DNA from: Candidatus Woesebacteria bacterium
GTDB lineage: Bacteria; Patescibacteriota; Microgenomatia; UBA12405
Length of the DNA stretch: 64,000 nt
Assembly (NCBI GenBank): GCA_035402805.1
Contig: DAONDY010000001.1
Location: 84,098-148,097 of the forward strand
Direction of reading: 5' to 3'
Shown here: one piece after another, positions 28,325 to 38,323 of the stretch
Numbering within the stretch: position 1 is the stretch's first letter
Layout of the letters: each line of letters begins with the position of its first letter
Notes under the pieces: model-generated
Database searches by the model: none
What the model was told of the DNA's origin: nothing
Seen by the model: only the letters and a program-made list of their open reading frames with translations
Translations under genes and position numbers: made by a program

Positions 28325-28398
28325 TCGGGAATACAGGATTCGAACCTGCAGCCTCATGCACCCCATGCATGCGCGCTAGCCAATTGCGCCAATCCCCG
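28325..28398 (-). tRNA. tRNA-Pro (anticodon GGG), CCA not encoded
   Basis: A 74-nt cloverleaf: acceptor CGGGGAT/ATTCCCG, anticodon stem CATGC/GCATG, loop AUGGGGU, T-loop TTCGAAT and G37. Confidence 0.8.
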
Positions 28399-28536
28399 TT
28401 TATCCAAACAAGATATTTTATCAAAGTTTTTGCTATTAATATCTAATTTGGGTTTTCTTCGGTTTTACTTCTTGACTTGATATATTTCAATTTGTTATCA
28501 CTATAAATGTAAAGTTAATTTTATTTAAAAAACAAA

Positions 28537-29631
28537 ATGTATAAAAAGAAAGCTAAAAAAGAAATTCAAAAGAAATCTCCAGTTGTCGGTAATCAAAGCC
28601 AAAAAAACGAAGCCATCCGTGTTGCTATGGAGCAAATTACTAAAGCCTTTGGTGATGGAGCCATTATGAAAATGGGCGAAAAACAAGCCGATATGACCAT
28701 TGATGTCATTCCTACTGGTTGTCTCCCTCTAGATATTGCCCTAGGTGTTGGTGGTTTACCTCGTGGCCGAGTTACTGAAATTTTTGGACCAGAAGCTTCT
28801 GGAAAAACCACAGTTTGTCTTCATGTTATTGCTGAAGCCCAAAAAATGGGCGGCACTGCTGCTTTTATCGATGTTGAACATGCCCTTGATCCTCATCGTG
28901 CCGCTACTGTCGGCGTTAATCTTGACAGTCTTTTAATCTCTCAACCAGACAGTGGTGAACAGGCTCTTGAAATCGTTGAAACCTTAGTTCGTTCCAATGC
29001 TGTTGATGTTGTTGTTCTTGATTCAGTTGCCGCCCTAGTTCCTAAAGCTGAGATTGAAGGAGAAATGGGTGATTCTATGATGGGTGTTCAAGCTCGTCTT
29101 ATGTCCCAGGCTCTTAGAAAATTAACTGGTGCCATTTCTAAATCAAAAACCATTGTGATCTTTACTAATCAAATTCGCCAAAAGATTGGCGTTATGTTTG
29201 GTAATCCTGAAACTACTCCTGGTGGTTTAGCTCTAAAATTTTATGCTTCAGTCAGAATTGACTTACGTAAAATTGCCAATATCAAAACCGCTTCAGGTGA
29301 ATCAATTGGTTCTCAACATCGTGCCAGAATAATTAAAAATAAAGTGGCTCCACCATTTAGAGAAGCTGAATTCGAGATCATGAACACCGAAGGCATTTCT
29401 GTTTTTGGTAGTTTGGTCGATTTAGCCGTACAACACGGTTTAATTACCAAATCTGGTGCTTTCTTTAAAGTTGATGGTCAAAACATTCAAGGTCGAGAAG
29501 GCGTTAAAAAATATCTAAAAGAACATTCCAACTTAGTTGATGATCTTAAAAAACAAATTTGGGAAAAAGTTAAAGAAAACGATCAACCAGTTAAATTGGA
29601 ACCTCCAGAAGACGCCCCAATTGAAGAATAA
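28537..29631 (+). CDS. recA: Recombinase RecA
   Basis: The Walker A (GPEASGKTT) and L2 region are present, with an acidic C-terminus. Confidence 0.96.
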   Translation: MYKKKAKKEIQKKSPVVGNQSQKNEAIRVAMEQITKAFGDGAIMKMGEKQADMTIDVIPTGCLPLDIALGVGGLPRGRVTEIFGPEASGKTTVCLHVIAEAQKMGGTAAFIDVEHALDPHRAATVGVNLDSLLISQPDSGEQALEIVETLVRSNAVDVVVLDSVAALVPKAEIEGEMGDSMMGVQARLMSQALRKLTGAISKSKTIVIFTNQIRQKIGVMFGNPETTPGGLALKFYASVRIDLRKIANIKTASGESIGSQHRARIIKNKVAPPFREAEFEIMNTEGISVFGSLVDLAVQHGLITKSGAFFKVDGQNIQGREGVKKYLKEHSNLVDDLKKQIWEKVKENDQPVKLEPPEDAPIEE

Positions 29632-30230
29632 TGCAATTAGTCAACATTAAGGCCAGTAAAACTCCAAATCAAGTTTGGCTTACCTTTTCAGATCATTCCT
29701 TTCTTCCGTTTTTTATTGATGATGTCGTTAAATTATCTTTAACTAAAAATCAAGAAATTGACGACCAAAAACTTGAAGAAATTATTAAAAGTTGTCTTTT
29801 TTTTAAAGGTCGTGAATACGCTTTGCGTCAAATTGCCATTTCTCCAAAAATTGAAAAAATAATTTATCAAAAATTAAAAATATTTTTTCCAAAAATTTGT
29901 TTCAAATATCAGATTAAATACCCAAATATTAATCAAGTCATCGAGGAAATTATTGATTATCTCAATTCCAAAAGCCTTTTAGATCCAGAGAGTTTTACTA
30001 ATTATTTTATTCAAAAAAACAAAAATAAATCTCGCCAGCAAATTTCCTTTTTACTAAGTCGATATGGTCTTAAAAGTACCTTGCCAAACAATGATTTAGA
30101 GCTCATCAAAAAAATAATCCAAAAAAAATCTAGTATGGACAAATTAAAGCTAAAAGCCCTACTTTATCGCCGTGGTTTCAATCTCTCAGATATAAACGCT
30201 GCAATTGACGATTACTTCAATTTTAGATAA
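29631..30230 (+). CDS. recX: RecX-like regulatory protein
   Basis: It lies immediately after recA (TAATG overlap). The ALRQIAISPKIEKIIYQKL block matches the RecX repeat pattern A-L-R-x-L-x-x-R-x-x-S-x-x-E-L-x-x-K-L. Confidence 0.5.
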   Translation: MQLVNIKASKTPNQVWLTFSDHSFLPFFIDDVVKLSLTKNQEIDDQKLEEIIKSCLFFKGREYALRQIAISPKIEKIIYQKLKIFFPKICFKYQIKYPNINQVIEEIIDYLNSKSLLDPESFTNYFIQKNKNKSRQQISFLLSRYGLKSTLPNNDLELIKKIIQKKSSMDKLKLKALLYRRGFNLSDINAAIDDYFNFR

Positions 30231-30381
30231 AATACACTAATTAGTTTTTAAATTAAATTATAATTTTAACTTTTTCATTCAAAAGCACAGTAATATGTTA
30301 TTCAAATTAGTCAAAATACCGACTCGTTGTTAACCTAAGCCATTCTGGTGTGTTTTTGCTGCAAAAAGTATTGGAGGTTTT

Positions 30382-31947
30382 ATGTTAGATGTATTTTTAT
30401 CGAGAGTTAAGGGTTTATTTTCTACCCATCAAAAGCCGTCTTCGAAAAAAGAAATAAAAAAGGAAGTTATTAAAGAGGTCAAAAAAGAAGAATCAAAAGA
30501 CAATAATCGAGTTGTTTTTTCTCCTAATAAATCTGAAACAGTTACTCCTGTCAAACCAGTCGTCGAAGTTGACAATAGTGCCGTTCAAGCCGCTCTTCAA
30601 AATGCTAAGAGAATTGAAGCTGAAGCTAAAGCTAAAGAGGCTGAAATTTTTCAAAGATTATCGTCCCTAGATGAAAAAGAAAGATATTTGATTCAAAAGG
30701 AAAGAAATCTTGATAGTCAAGCCGCTGAAGTTAAAACCAAATTAGCTAGTATTGATGATGTTTATCGAAAACAAATGGAAAAACTGGAAACTATTTCTGG
30801 GCTTGATGTTGAAAAAGCTAAACAATTAGTTATCAGCAGCACTGAAAAAAGAATGTCTGCTTGGGTGTCTAAAAAAATAGATGAGGCCAGAGATGAGATT
30901 AAACAAAAAGAAGAAGAAATTACTAAAGAGGTGATTATTGATAATATTCGCCATGGTCTCACTGACTATGTTGCCGAATATACTGTTTCTACTATTTCCC
31001 TTGCCGATGAAACTGTTAAAGGTAAGATCATTGGTCGCGAAGGTCGTAACATCCGTGCTTTTGAAAAAGCCACTGGTGTTGAAATTGAATTAGACGAAAC
31101 TAATGATATTCGTATTTCTTCTTTTGATTCCACTCGTCGTGAAATTGCCCGTCTTTCATTGGAAAAATTAATTAAAGATGGTCGCATCCAACCTCTTAAA
31201 ATTGAACAAGTCGTTGCTCAAACCAAGACGGAAATGGACAGAATTCTTTTAAATGAAGGTAAAAAAATTACCCAAGAAGTTGGGGTTTTTAACCTACCAA
31301 TCGATCTAATTAAAGAAATTGGTAAATATAAATTTAGGTTTTCTTATGGTCAAAATTTAGCTAAACACACCATTGAAGCCACAAAAATTGCCACTGCTAT
31401 TGCCTATGAATTAAAAGCAGATGTCAATACTGTTCGTCTTGGCGCTTTGTTGCACGATATTGGTAAGGTCATTACGGATCAGGAAGGTACTCATGTTGAT
31501 TTAGGTGTTGATTTACTTAGACAATATAAAATATCCGAAGCTGTTATTGCCTGTGTTGCTGAACATCACGAAGATAAAGAATTTTCTTCAACAGAATCAG
31601 TTATCGTCTACATTGGGGATGCCGCCTCTGGTGCTCGTCCTGGCGCCCGTTATGAAGTCCATGAAGAATATTTAAAGAGAATGAAAAATATTGAAGAAGT
31701 TGCCAACACTTTCCCGGGAGTCACTAGTGTTGCCGCTTATCAGGCCGGTCGTGAAGTTGTTGTTATCGTCGAACCTACCCAAGTTTCCGATTCGGAAGCC
31801 GAAGTCTTAAGTCAAAATATTGCCGAAAAACTCGAAGAAGAAGCTAAATGGGCTGGTCAAATAAAGGTTACTGTTATTAGAGAAGTTAGAACTAGTAGTG
31901 TTATTGTTGGTAGCAAAATCAACAAAAATGCGGTAAAAAACGAATAA
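30382..31947 (+). CDS. rny: Ribonuclease Y (no obvious N-terminal TM anchor)
   Basis: A coiled-coil, a KH domain (IIGREGRNIRAFEKATGVEIEL) and an HD domain (LLHDIGK, HHE) are present. Confidence 0.88.
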   Translation: MLDVFLSRVKGLFSTHQKPSSKKEIKKEVIKEVKKEESKDNNRVVFSPNKSETVTPVKPVVEVDNSAVQAALQNAKRIEAEAKAKEAEIFQRLSSLDEKERYLIQKERNLDSQAAEVKTKLASIDDVYRKQMEKLETISGLDVEKAKQLVISSTEKRMSAWVSKKIDEARDEIKQKEEEITKEVIIDNIRHGLTDYVAEYTVSTISLADETVKGKIIGREGRNIRAFEKATGVEIELDETNDIRISSFDSTRREIARLSLEKLIKDGRIQPLKIEQVVAQTKTEMDRILLNEGKKITQEVGVFNLPIDLIKEIGKYKFRFSYGQNLAKHTIEATKIATAIAYELKADVNTVRLGALLHDIGKVITDQEGTHVDLGVDLLRQYKISEAVIACVAEHHEDKEFSSTESVIVYIGDAASGARPGARYEVHEEYLKRMKNIEEVANTFPGVTSVAAYQAGREVVVIVEPTQVSDSEAEVLSQNIAEKLEEEAKWAGQIKVTVIREVRTSSVIVGSKINKNAVKNE

Positions 31948-32012
31948 CTTCTATTGCAATTTAGTAATATTCGTTTAGAATTAAAATGAATTATTAATTA
32001 ATAATAAAAATA

Positions 32013-32285
32013 ATGACCAAAAAAGATTTAATCGAATCAGTCTCTCAAAAAGCCAAGCTTAGTAAAAAAGCAGCTAAACAAGCTGTTGAAACTTTTCTTT
32101 CTGAAATAATGAAAGGATTAGCTAGTGGCGAAACTGTTAAGCTTTCTGGTTTTGGAACTTTCAAAACCAAAATGTTCAAAGCTAAAACTATTAAAGCTAT
32201 TGGAACCAAAGAATCCAAGAAAATCGTTGCTCGAAGAATGCCACGATACATTCCAGGAACCAAGATCAAGAAAATGGTCAAATAA
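32013..32285 (+). CDS. hup: DNA-binding protein HU
   Basis: It starts MTKKDLIESVS...GFGTFKT and has the RMPRYIPGT arm. Confidence 0.9.
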   Translation: MTKKDLIESVSQKAKLSKKAAKQAVETFLSEIMKGLASGETVKLSGFGTFKTKMFKAKTIKAIGTKESKKIVARRMPRYIPGTKIKKMVK

Positions 32286-32306
32286 TTTCTTTTTTGAAAT
32301 TTCAAA

Positions 32307-32335
32307 ATCCCTCCGATTTTCGGGGGGATTTTTGT
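32307..32335 (+). terminator. Rho-independent terminator after hup
   Basis: atccctccg-attt-tcggggggat is followed by TTTTTG. Confidence 0.7.
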
Positions 32336-32346
32336 TAAAATACACT

Positions 32347-33417
32347 ATGAAACTTTCAATCGGAATCGTTGGTCTACCCAATGTTGGTAAATCTACGCTT
32401 TTTAATGCGCTCCTCGGCAAACAAGTTGCCGACGCCAGCAATTATCCTTTTTGCACCATCGATCCCAATGTTGGTGTTGTTGAAGTCCCCGATGAAAAAT
32501 TACCAGTTCTTGCCAAAATCGTTAAAACCGACAAAATTGTTCCTGCCATTGTCGAATTTGTTGACATTGCCGGTCTAGTTAAAGGAGCCTCCCAGGGTGA
32601 AGGTCTTGGTAATAAATTCCTTACTAATATTCGCGATTGTGATGCCATCTGTCATGTAGTTCGTGCCTTTTCCGACTCTAGTATTCTTAAAGAAGGTAGC
32701 GTTGATCCACAAGGCGATTTTGAGGTCATTTGTGCTGAACTAATTATTAAAGATCTGGAGACAATTGATAAATATCTTGATACCAATAAAAATAATGCCA
32801 AAGAAAACAAATCTAAAAAATTTATTCTAGCTACTAAATTAAAATCTGAACTAGAAAAAGGTATTTTGGCCGTTAATCTTAAATTAGATGATGAAGAAAA
32901 AGAAATAACTAAAGAATTTTTCTTATTAACCGCCAAACCTTATTTTATTGTTGCTAATGTCGACGAAGACACTTACAAGAATATTAATAATTGGCATATA
33001 AATTTAAAAAATTTCGAAACCGTTGTTCCTGTCTCTGCTAAAGTCGAATTTGATTTATCAGAACTAAGTCCAGTGGAAAGAAAAGATTATTTAAAAGAGT
33101 TAGGTGTTGAAAAATCTGGCTTGGAACGAGTTATCCAAAAAGCCTATGACACTCTTGGTCTTCAATCTTATTACACCGCTGGCGTTAAAGAAGTTCGTGC
33201 CTGGACAATTAGAAAAGGGGATTCTGCCCCTAAAGCCGCCTCTGCCATTCATACTGATTTTGAAAAGGGTTTTATTATGGCCGAAGTCGTTTCTTATGAC
33301 GATTTTGTTCAATACAATGGTGCCTTAGGTGCCAAAGATGCTGGAAAACTTCGTCATGAAGGTCGAGACTATATCATGCGCCCCGACGATGTTGTTGAAT
33401 TTAAAATAAACGCCTAG
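32347..33417 (+). CDS. ychF: Ribosome-binding ATPase YchF (Obg-family GTPase)
   Basis: [17 protein letters not shown], a TGS domain and a C-terminal [12 protein letters not shown] are present; it ends with a TAG stop. The ORF-track N-terminal extension overlapping hup is rejected. Confidence 0.9.
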   Translation: MKLSIGIVGLPNVGKSTLFNALLGKQVADASNYPFCTIDPNVGVVEVPDEKLPVLAKIVKTDKIVPAIVEFVDIAGLVKGASQGEGLGNKFLTNIRDCDAICHVVRAFSDSSILKEGSVDPQGDFEVICAELIIKDLETIDKYLDTNKNNAKENKSKKFILATKLKSELEKGILAVNLKLDDEEKEITKEFFLLTAKPYFIVANVDEDTYKNINNWHINLKNFETVVPVSAKVEFDLSELSPVERKDYLKELGVEKSGLERVIQKAYDTLGLQSYYTAGVKEVRAWTIRKGDSAPKAASAIHTDFEKGFIMAEVVSYDDFVQYNGALGAKDAGKLRHEGRDYIMRPDDVVEFKINA

Positions 33418-34066
33418 TTGGTAATTTACTTAATTCTAAAAATAATTCGATCTGTTCTAAAGCCCTTCTTTCGCTGATTGGGGGTTCGTCTTTGTCTAAA
33501 AATTTGGTATTTGCCCCAATATCTAGCAGGCAAATTTTGCCTCTTCCAGTTTTTTTGTCAACCACTATCGAATAGGCGTCTATGCTCAAGAAAATGTCAT
33601 TATGATATGCCGCTCGAGCAATATTAACCAATTGATTTTCTAAATCATATATATTTTCTATTGAAGAGTCTTCTAATGGATTGTGTTTATCTACAATTGT
33701 TTTTTCATTTTTTTGAGTCATATCAGTCATCAAGATTAAGTTATTTTCTACATCACCTCTGCAAATTGGAACTGTTGGTAATCCTATTTCCTTTAGATAT
33801 GAATGTTTTTTTAAAACCTCGTCGACGCCACTTTCTCTGTGTTTATTTACAGACAATTGATTTAATTCTTTAACGCAAACCCTTATGCCGGTCTTTTCAA
33901 ACTTTCCTCTATGTTCAATTTCAATATCATAAAAACCGATATTACCCTCACATCCAACTGGTCCAAGAGAATAACTTAAATTCCCTCTAATTTGAACCGG
34001 TTTTTTTGACTCAAAGTCTTTACAAAAATAACCATCGATGAACTCTTTCATATTTACTAAATACAT
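33401..34066 (-). CDS. Small atypical protein-kinase-like fold protein (RIO/Kdo-kinase-like)
   Basis: A beta3-Lys-like VCVKEL, a hinge-like LILMTDM, a catalytic-loop-like HNDIFLSIDAYSIVVD and a DFG-like LLDIGAN are present. Confidence 0.4.
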   Translation of the reverse strand: MYLVNMKEFIDGYFCKDFESKKPVQIRGNLSYSLGPVGCEGNIGFYDIEIEHRGKFEKTGIRVCVKELNQLSVNKHRESGVDEVLKKHSYLKEIGLPTVPICRGDVENNLILMTDMTQKNEKTIVDKHNPLEDSSIENIYDLENQLVNIARAAYHNDIFLSIDAYSIVVDKKTGRGKICLLDIGANTKFLDKDEPPISERRALEQIELFLELSKLPTRRLF

Positions 34067-34103
34067 ACTATTTTACCGCAAAATTGTAAAATATGGAATA
34101 TAA

Positions 34104-35015
34104 TTGATTATGTTTAATAAAATTTTAATTATTTCTGGCCCAACAGCTACAGGTAAAACTGATTTAGCTGTTAAATTGGCTAAAAAGTACAATGGCGAAT
34201 TAGTTTCCACTGATTCTTGCCAAATTTATAAAGGTCTCGATATCGGCACTGGTAAAGATCAACCGGATAAAACCCCGATTCATTTAATTGATTTAATCAA
34301 TCCCGACCAAAAATTTTCCGTAGCTCAGTTTCAACAAGTCGGTTTAAAAATAATTAATCAGCTTCATTCACAAAATAAATTACCGATTTTAGTTGGTTGT
34401 AGTGGCTTTTATCTTAATTCTCTAATTAATCCAAATTATGACACTTTTGCAATAAAGCCTAATAAAATTTGGCGTCTCGTTTCTAAAAAATTATCAGTAA
34501 AAACTTTACAAAAAATTTATAAATTATTGGATTCTAATAATTTTTCCAAGTTAAATAATTCAGACATTAATAATTACTATCGTCTTACTCGTAAAATCGA
34601 AATCAAGTTATCACTAAAAAATAAAAACACTAATAATAATCAAAATTTTGATATTCTCCATATTTCTCTAATTGCTCCATTAGATTTTTTATATAATCGA
34701 ATTGACAAGCGTGTTCAAAAACGCCTAGATATAGGTTTTTTTAATGAAGTCAAAAATTTATTAAAAAAATATTCTTGGTCAGATCCAGGAATGCAAATTG
34801 GAGCTTATCAATGTTTAAAACCATATTTTGAGAACAATAAAGATTTAGAAACTTGTCTTCAAAATTGGCGCTATGCCGAACACTCCGATGCTCGTCATCA
34901 AAGCACTTATTTTAAATCAAGATATTCCAACAAAGCTTCTTTTTTTGATATTACTTCTCCTATGTTTAAGGATAAAATTTTTAAATTAGTTTCTGGATGG
35001 TACAATAAATTATGA
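34104..35015 (+). CDS. miaA: tRNA dimethylallyltransferase
   Basis: A P-loop (ISGPTATGKTDLAV), DSCQIYKGLDIGTGK and LVGCSGFY are present. Confidence 0.85.
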   Translation: MIMFNKILIISGPTATGKTDLAVKLAKKYNGELVSTDSCQIYKGLDIGTGKDQPDKTPIHLIDLINPDQKFSVAQFQQVGLKIINQLHSQNKLPILVGCSGFYLNSLINPNYDTFAIKPNKIWRLVSKKLSVKTLQKIYKLLDSNNFSKLNNSDINNYYRLTRKIEIKLSLKNKNTNNNQNFDILHISLIAPLDFLYNRIDKRVQKRLDIGFFNEVKNLLKKYSWSDPGMQIGAYQCLKPYFENNKDLETCLQNWRYAEHSDARHQSTYFKSRYSNKASFFDITSPMFKDKIFKLVSGWYNKL

Positions 35016-35989
35016 AAATTAGAAAAATAGAAATTTCTCACAAAATCGTCATTTTTACCGTTGCTTTTTTGTTAGCTTTAGCTTTCCTTTGGCAAATAAG
35101 AAGTATTCTTATGCTTGTCTTTGTCGGCTTTGTCTTAATGGAAGCCGTCAACCCGTTTGTTCGCCAGCTTGAAAAGATAAAAATTCCCCGAGTTTTTTCT
35201 ATTTTAATTGTTTACATTCTAATCATCACCGGTATTTCTTTTGCTATTGCTGGTATTGTTCCAATTTTAATAGAGCAAACTTCGGGGCTGATAGGTAGTT
35301 TGCCCCAGCTTATTCAAAATGTAAAAATATTTAGCGAAAACAACATTGATTTATCATCTCAATTCAAAATTTTAGAAACTATTCCTTCAAACATTGCTAA
35401 GATTGCCGTTTCTTTTGCCTCAAATGTTTTTTCCGGTTTAATTATTTTTGTTATTACTTTTTATCTTTTATTGGAAAAAAATAATTTTTCTAAATATGGT
35501 GGCAATTTTTTTGGAGAAAAAAGCAAAGCCAAATTTTTAAAAATAATGAATAATATTGAGTCCAGTCTTGGTGGTTGGGTTAGCGCTGAATTTTTATTAA
35601 TGCTCATTATTGGTTTGCTTTCTTATATTGGTTATTTGGTTTTAGGTCTAAAATATGCCGTTCCATTAGCTATTCTTGCTGGTCTTCTTGAAGCAGTTCC
35701 TAATGTTGGACCAATCATTACTACTGTCATTGCTGGTTTATTTGCTCTAACAATTTCGCCTCTAACCGCCCTCTTCACAGTTATTTTTGGTGTTTTAGTG
35801 CAACAAGTCGAGAACAATTTTATTGTTCCTAAGATTATGAAAAAAACTGTTGGTTTAAATCCATTGATAACTATCCTCTTAATTATTACAGGCAGTAAAT
35901 TAGGTGGAATTGTTGGTGCTATCTTGGCTATACCACTTTTCTTGACTATTCAAGCTATTATTAAAGGTCTTTCAAAAGATTCGGAATAA
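35012..35989 (+). CDS. AI-2E family transporter (UPF0118/PerM-like)
   Basis: It has eight TM segments and the AI-2E conserved C-terminal region (AGLLEAVPNVGPII). Confidence 0.8.
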   Translation: MKIRKIEISHKIVIFTVAFLLALAFLWQIRSILMLVFVGFVLMEAVNPFVRQLEKIKIPRVFSILIVYILIITGISFAIAGIVPILIEQTSGLIGSLPQLIQNVKIFSENNIDLSSQFKILETIPSNIAKIAVSFASNVFSGLIIFVITFYLLLEKNNFSKYGGNFFGEKSKAKFLKIMNNIESSLGGWVSAEFLLMLIIGLLSYIGYLVLGLKYAVPLAILAGLLEAVPNVGPIITTVIAGLFALTISPLTALFTVIFGVLVQQVENNFIVPKIMKKTVGLNPLITILLIITGSKLGGIVGAILAIPLFLTIQAIIKGLSKDSE

Positions 35990-35992
35990 AAA

Positions 35993-36257
35993 TATCCTAA
36001 AGACACTGATAAGCCGGATTCTGTTTAGAGGCCATCAATCTACTCTCTCTACCTGAAACTCTCAAAAGCTAGATATTAACGTTTCATCTTGAGATTTCCA
36101 CCAGAAGGATGCGCGTTTCATACTCGTCCGCCTGTGGCGGATTACTCGTCTCTGTAGCAGCGCCCAAAGCTTACGCCCTGACCCTTAGGGTTTCTGTGCT
36201 TTTTGTGGTCCGGACTTTCCTCCCCATTGGGGTAAGCCCCTCAATCTCTTTAGGATG
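35993..36257 (-). ncRNA. rnpB: RNase P RNA (bacterial type, strongly reduced, ~265 nt)
   Basis: The minus strand reads 5'-CCATCCTAAAGAG...GGGGAGGAAAGTCCGGACC...TACAGAGACGAG...ACAGAATCCGGCTTATCAGTGTCTTTAGGAT-3'. The universal P4 strands GGAAAG(U)CCGGA/UCCGGCUU carry the bulged U and a compensatory G-C to A-U change. ACAGARA and ACAGAAnCCGGCUUA are present. A 10-bp P1 forms between atcctaaaga and tctttaggat, and a TATAAT -10 lies at 36264-36269. Confidence 0.85.
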
Positions 36258-36293
36258 GCTAGATTATAGCTTTAAACCATTCCAAAAACAAAT

Positions 36294-36323
36294 ACCCTCC
36301 CGATATTCATCAGGAGGGTAATT
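36294..36323 (-). terminator. Terminator of the small basic protein gene (minus strand)
   Basis: ccctcc-tgatgaatatcg-ggaggg is followed by TATTTGTTTTT on the minus strand. Confidence 0.65.
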
Positions 36324-36344
36324 AATTTAAATCTATCTTTATTA

Positions 36345-36521
36345 TTATCTCAATAAAGCTGCATCAGCTGCTGATAATATTTTAAACATTTTGGTTCCAG
36401 TTTCAGAATCAATAGTTTCAGCTGCTGGTCTGCCGTTTTTTAACATAACTTTTTTAACTTTGCTTACGTCAACTTCGACAGATTTGCGAGATTTAACGTT
36501 ATAAAATTTAATTGTTGGCAT
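36345..36521 (-). CDS. 58-aa Lys-rich small protein resembling Sul7d (Sso7d/Sac7d) chromatin proteins
   Basis: The sequence is MPTIKFYNVKSRKSVEVDVSKVKKVMLKNGRPAAETIDSETGTKMFKILSAADAALLR. An AAGGGGGG region precedes the ATG and the gene has its own terminator. Compare Sso7d: [29 protein letters not shown]...[10 protein letters not shown]. Confidence 0.6.
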   Translation of the reverse strand: MPTIKFYNVKSRKSVEVDVSKVKKVMLKNGRPAAETIDSETGTKMFKILSAADAALLR

Positions 36522-36711
36522 TAATCTTCACCCCCCTTATAAAAATAATAATTTCTAATAACCATTTTTAAGGTAATAAATAATTATAATAACCCCGATC
36601 GAAATCAAGCTCAATATCAAACTTCTTAATAAATCTTTTTTAATATATTTATTTTCGTTCATTATATGTTTCTATCGCCAGTATAGCACATTGTTTTGCT
36701 ACAATTAGTAG

Positions 36712-37062
36712 ATGTCTTTTTTAATATATTTAATATTAGCAATTAATTTATTGTGGCTTTGCTATCTAACTTATTTAGTTTATATTAAAAATAACTCTAA
36801 AAATAAAGCTTTAGATTTAGACAAAATAGACAATAGTCTTAAGATAGGTATAACTAGATTTAATCCGTTCGACGATGTTGGTGGTGATCAAAGTTTTATT
36901 CTAACCATTTTAGACAAAAATAATTCTGGAGCTATTATTACCTCACTCCATAATCGTGATATCACTCGAATTTATGCCAAACCAGTTAAAAATGGATTTG
37001 GTGAAAACATCACTTTGTCAAAGGAAGAAAAATCCGCTATAGTTAAAACTATTAAAAATTAA
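36712..37062 (+). CDS. DUF4446-like small membrane-anchored protein
   Basis: An N-terminal TM is followed by a TRFNPFDDVGGDQSF...YAKPV block, which I recall as the DUF4446 signature. Confidence 0.5.
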   Translation: MSFLIYLILAINLLWLCYLTYLVYIKNNSKNKALDLDKIDNSLKIGITRFNPFDDVGGDQSFILTILDKNNSGAIITSLHNRDITRIYAKPVKNGFGENITLSKEEKSAIVKTIKN

Positions 37063-37069
37063 TTTTTAA

Positions 37070-38323
37070 ATGAACAAAAATTTATTAAAAAACATAAGAT
37101 TTTTAGGCCTTTTCTTATTAATTACTGGTATTTCCTATTATTTATTTGATTATTTAATTCCCTCAGGTTCAGGAAGTTCGCTTTCACCTAGTGGTAATAA
37201 GACTACCAAAAGTGAAAAGACTGGTGATCTTTCAGTAAAAAATTCCACTTATTCTGGTCCAAAAACTGAGATCTGTCCTATTAATGGACAACTTTATACT
37301 AAAGAAGAAAAAGCTATTTGGTCAAAACGTCGTCCTCTAACCGTTATGATTGAAAATCATGAAGATTCCCGACCTCAATCTGGACTTCAGTCAGCTGATA
37401 TCGTCTATGAGGCTGTAGCCGAAGGTGGTATTACTCGATTTATGGGTGTTTTTTATTGTGGAATCGTTGGAACTGAAGCTGATTTAGAAAATAAATATAA
37501 TGTCGGTCCAGTCCGTTCGGCCAGAACTTATTTCTTAGATATTGCTTCCGAATATGGTGATTATCCACTTTATAACCACGTTGGTGGCGCTAATTGTAGT
37601 GCTGCCGATAATAAGAGCCCTTGTACTACTAATGTTAAAGCTCAGGCCATTGAACAGATTGCTAAATATGGCTGGAACAATCAAGGCACTTGGGGTGATT
37701 TAAGCCAATTTTCTTTATCTTACAAAGCTTGCCGTCGTGAGCCAGATCGAACCGGTCAGGAAAGAGCTACTGAACACACCATGTATTGTTCCTCATCTGA
37801 ACTTTACAATATAGCTGCTAACCGTGGTTTAACCAATATGACTGAAGCTAAAAAAACTTCATGGGATAAATCATACCAGCCATGGGAATTTACCCAAAAA
37901 GAAACAGCTTCTAGCTCTTCTTCGGTTATCTCTTTTGATTTTTGGTCTGGCTACAAAGATTATTCTGTTTCTTGGAAATATGATCCATCTTCAAATCTTT
38001 ATCTTCGAAGTAATGGTGGTAAAGAACAAATTGATTTTAATACCCAAAAAACTATTACTGCCAAGAATATTGTTATTCAATATGTTAAAGAGAGTAGATC
38101 AATCGATGAACATCTTCATAATCTTTATGAAATGATTGGTACTGGTAAAGGGATGCTCTTCCAAAATGGTGCTAAAACTGAAATTACTTGGTCTAAAAAA
38201 GATCGTCTTTCTCGAACCATTTTCAAAGACAGTAGTGGTAAAGAAATTAATTTTGTCCCAGGCAATATCTGGGTAGAAATTTTGCCATTAAATAGCAGTG
38301 TTTCTTATGAAAATTCAAACTAG
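37070..38323 (+). CDS. DUF3048 (YerB-like) secreted/lipoprotein-like protein
   Basis: It has a signal/TM sequence and an RPLTVMIENHEDSRPQSGLQSADIVYEAVAEGGITRFMGVF block. Confidence 0.65.
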   Translation: MNKNLLKNIRFLGLFLLITGISYYLFDYLIPSGSGSSLSPSGNKTTKSEKTGDLSVKNSTYSGPKTEICPINGQLYTKEEKAIWSKRRPLTVMIENHEDSRPQSGLQSADIVYEAVAEGGITRFMGVFYCGIVGTEADLENKYNVGPVRSARTYFLDIASEYGDYPLYNHVGGANCSAADNKSPCTTNVKAQAIEQIAKYGWNNQGTWGDLSQFSLSYKACRREPDRTGQERATEHTMYCSSSELYNIAANRGLTNMTEAKKTSWDKSYQPWEFTQKETASSSSSVISFDFWSGYKDYSVSWKYDPSSNLYLRSNGGKEQIDFNTQKTITAKNIVIQYVKESRSIDEHLHNLYEMIGTGKGMLFQNGAKTEITWSKKDRLSRTIFKDSSGKEINFVPGNIWVEILPLNSSVSYENSN

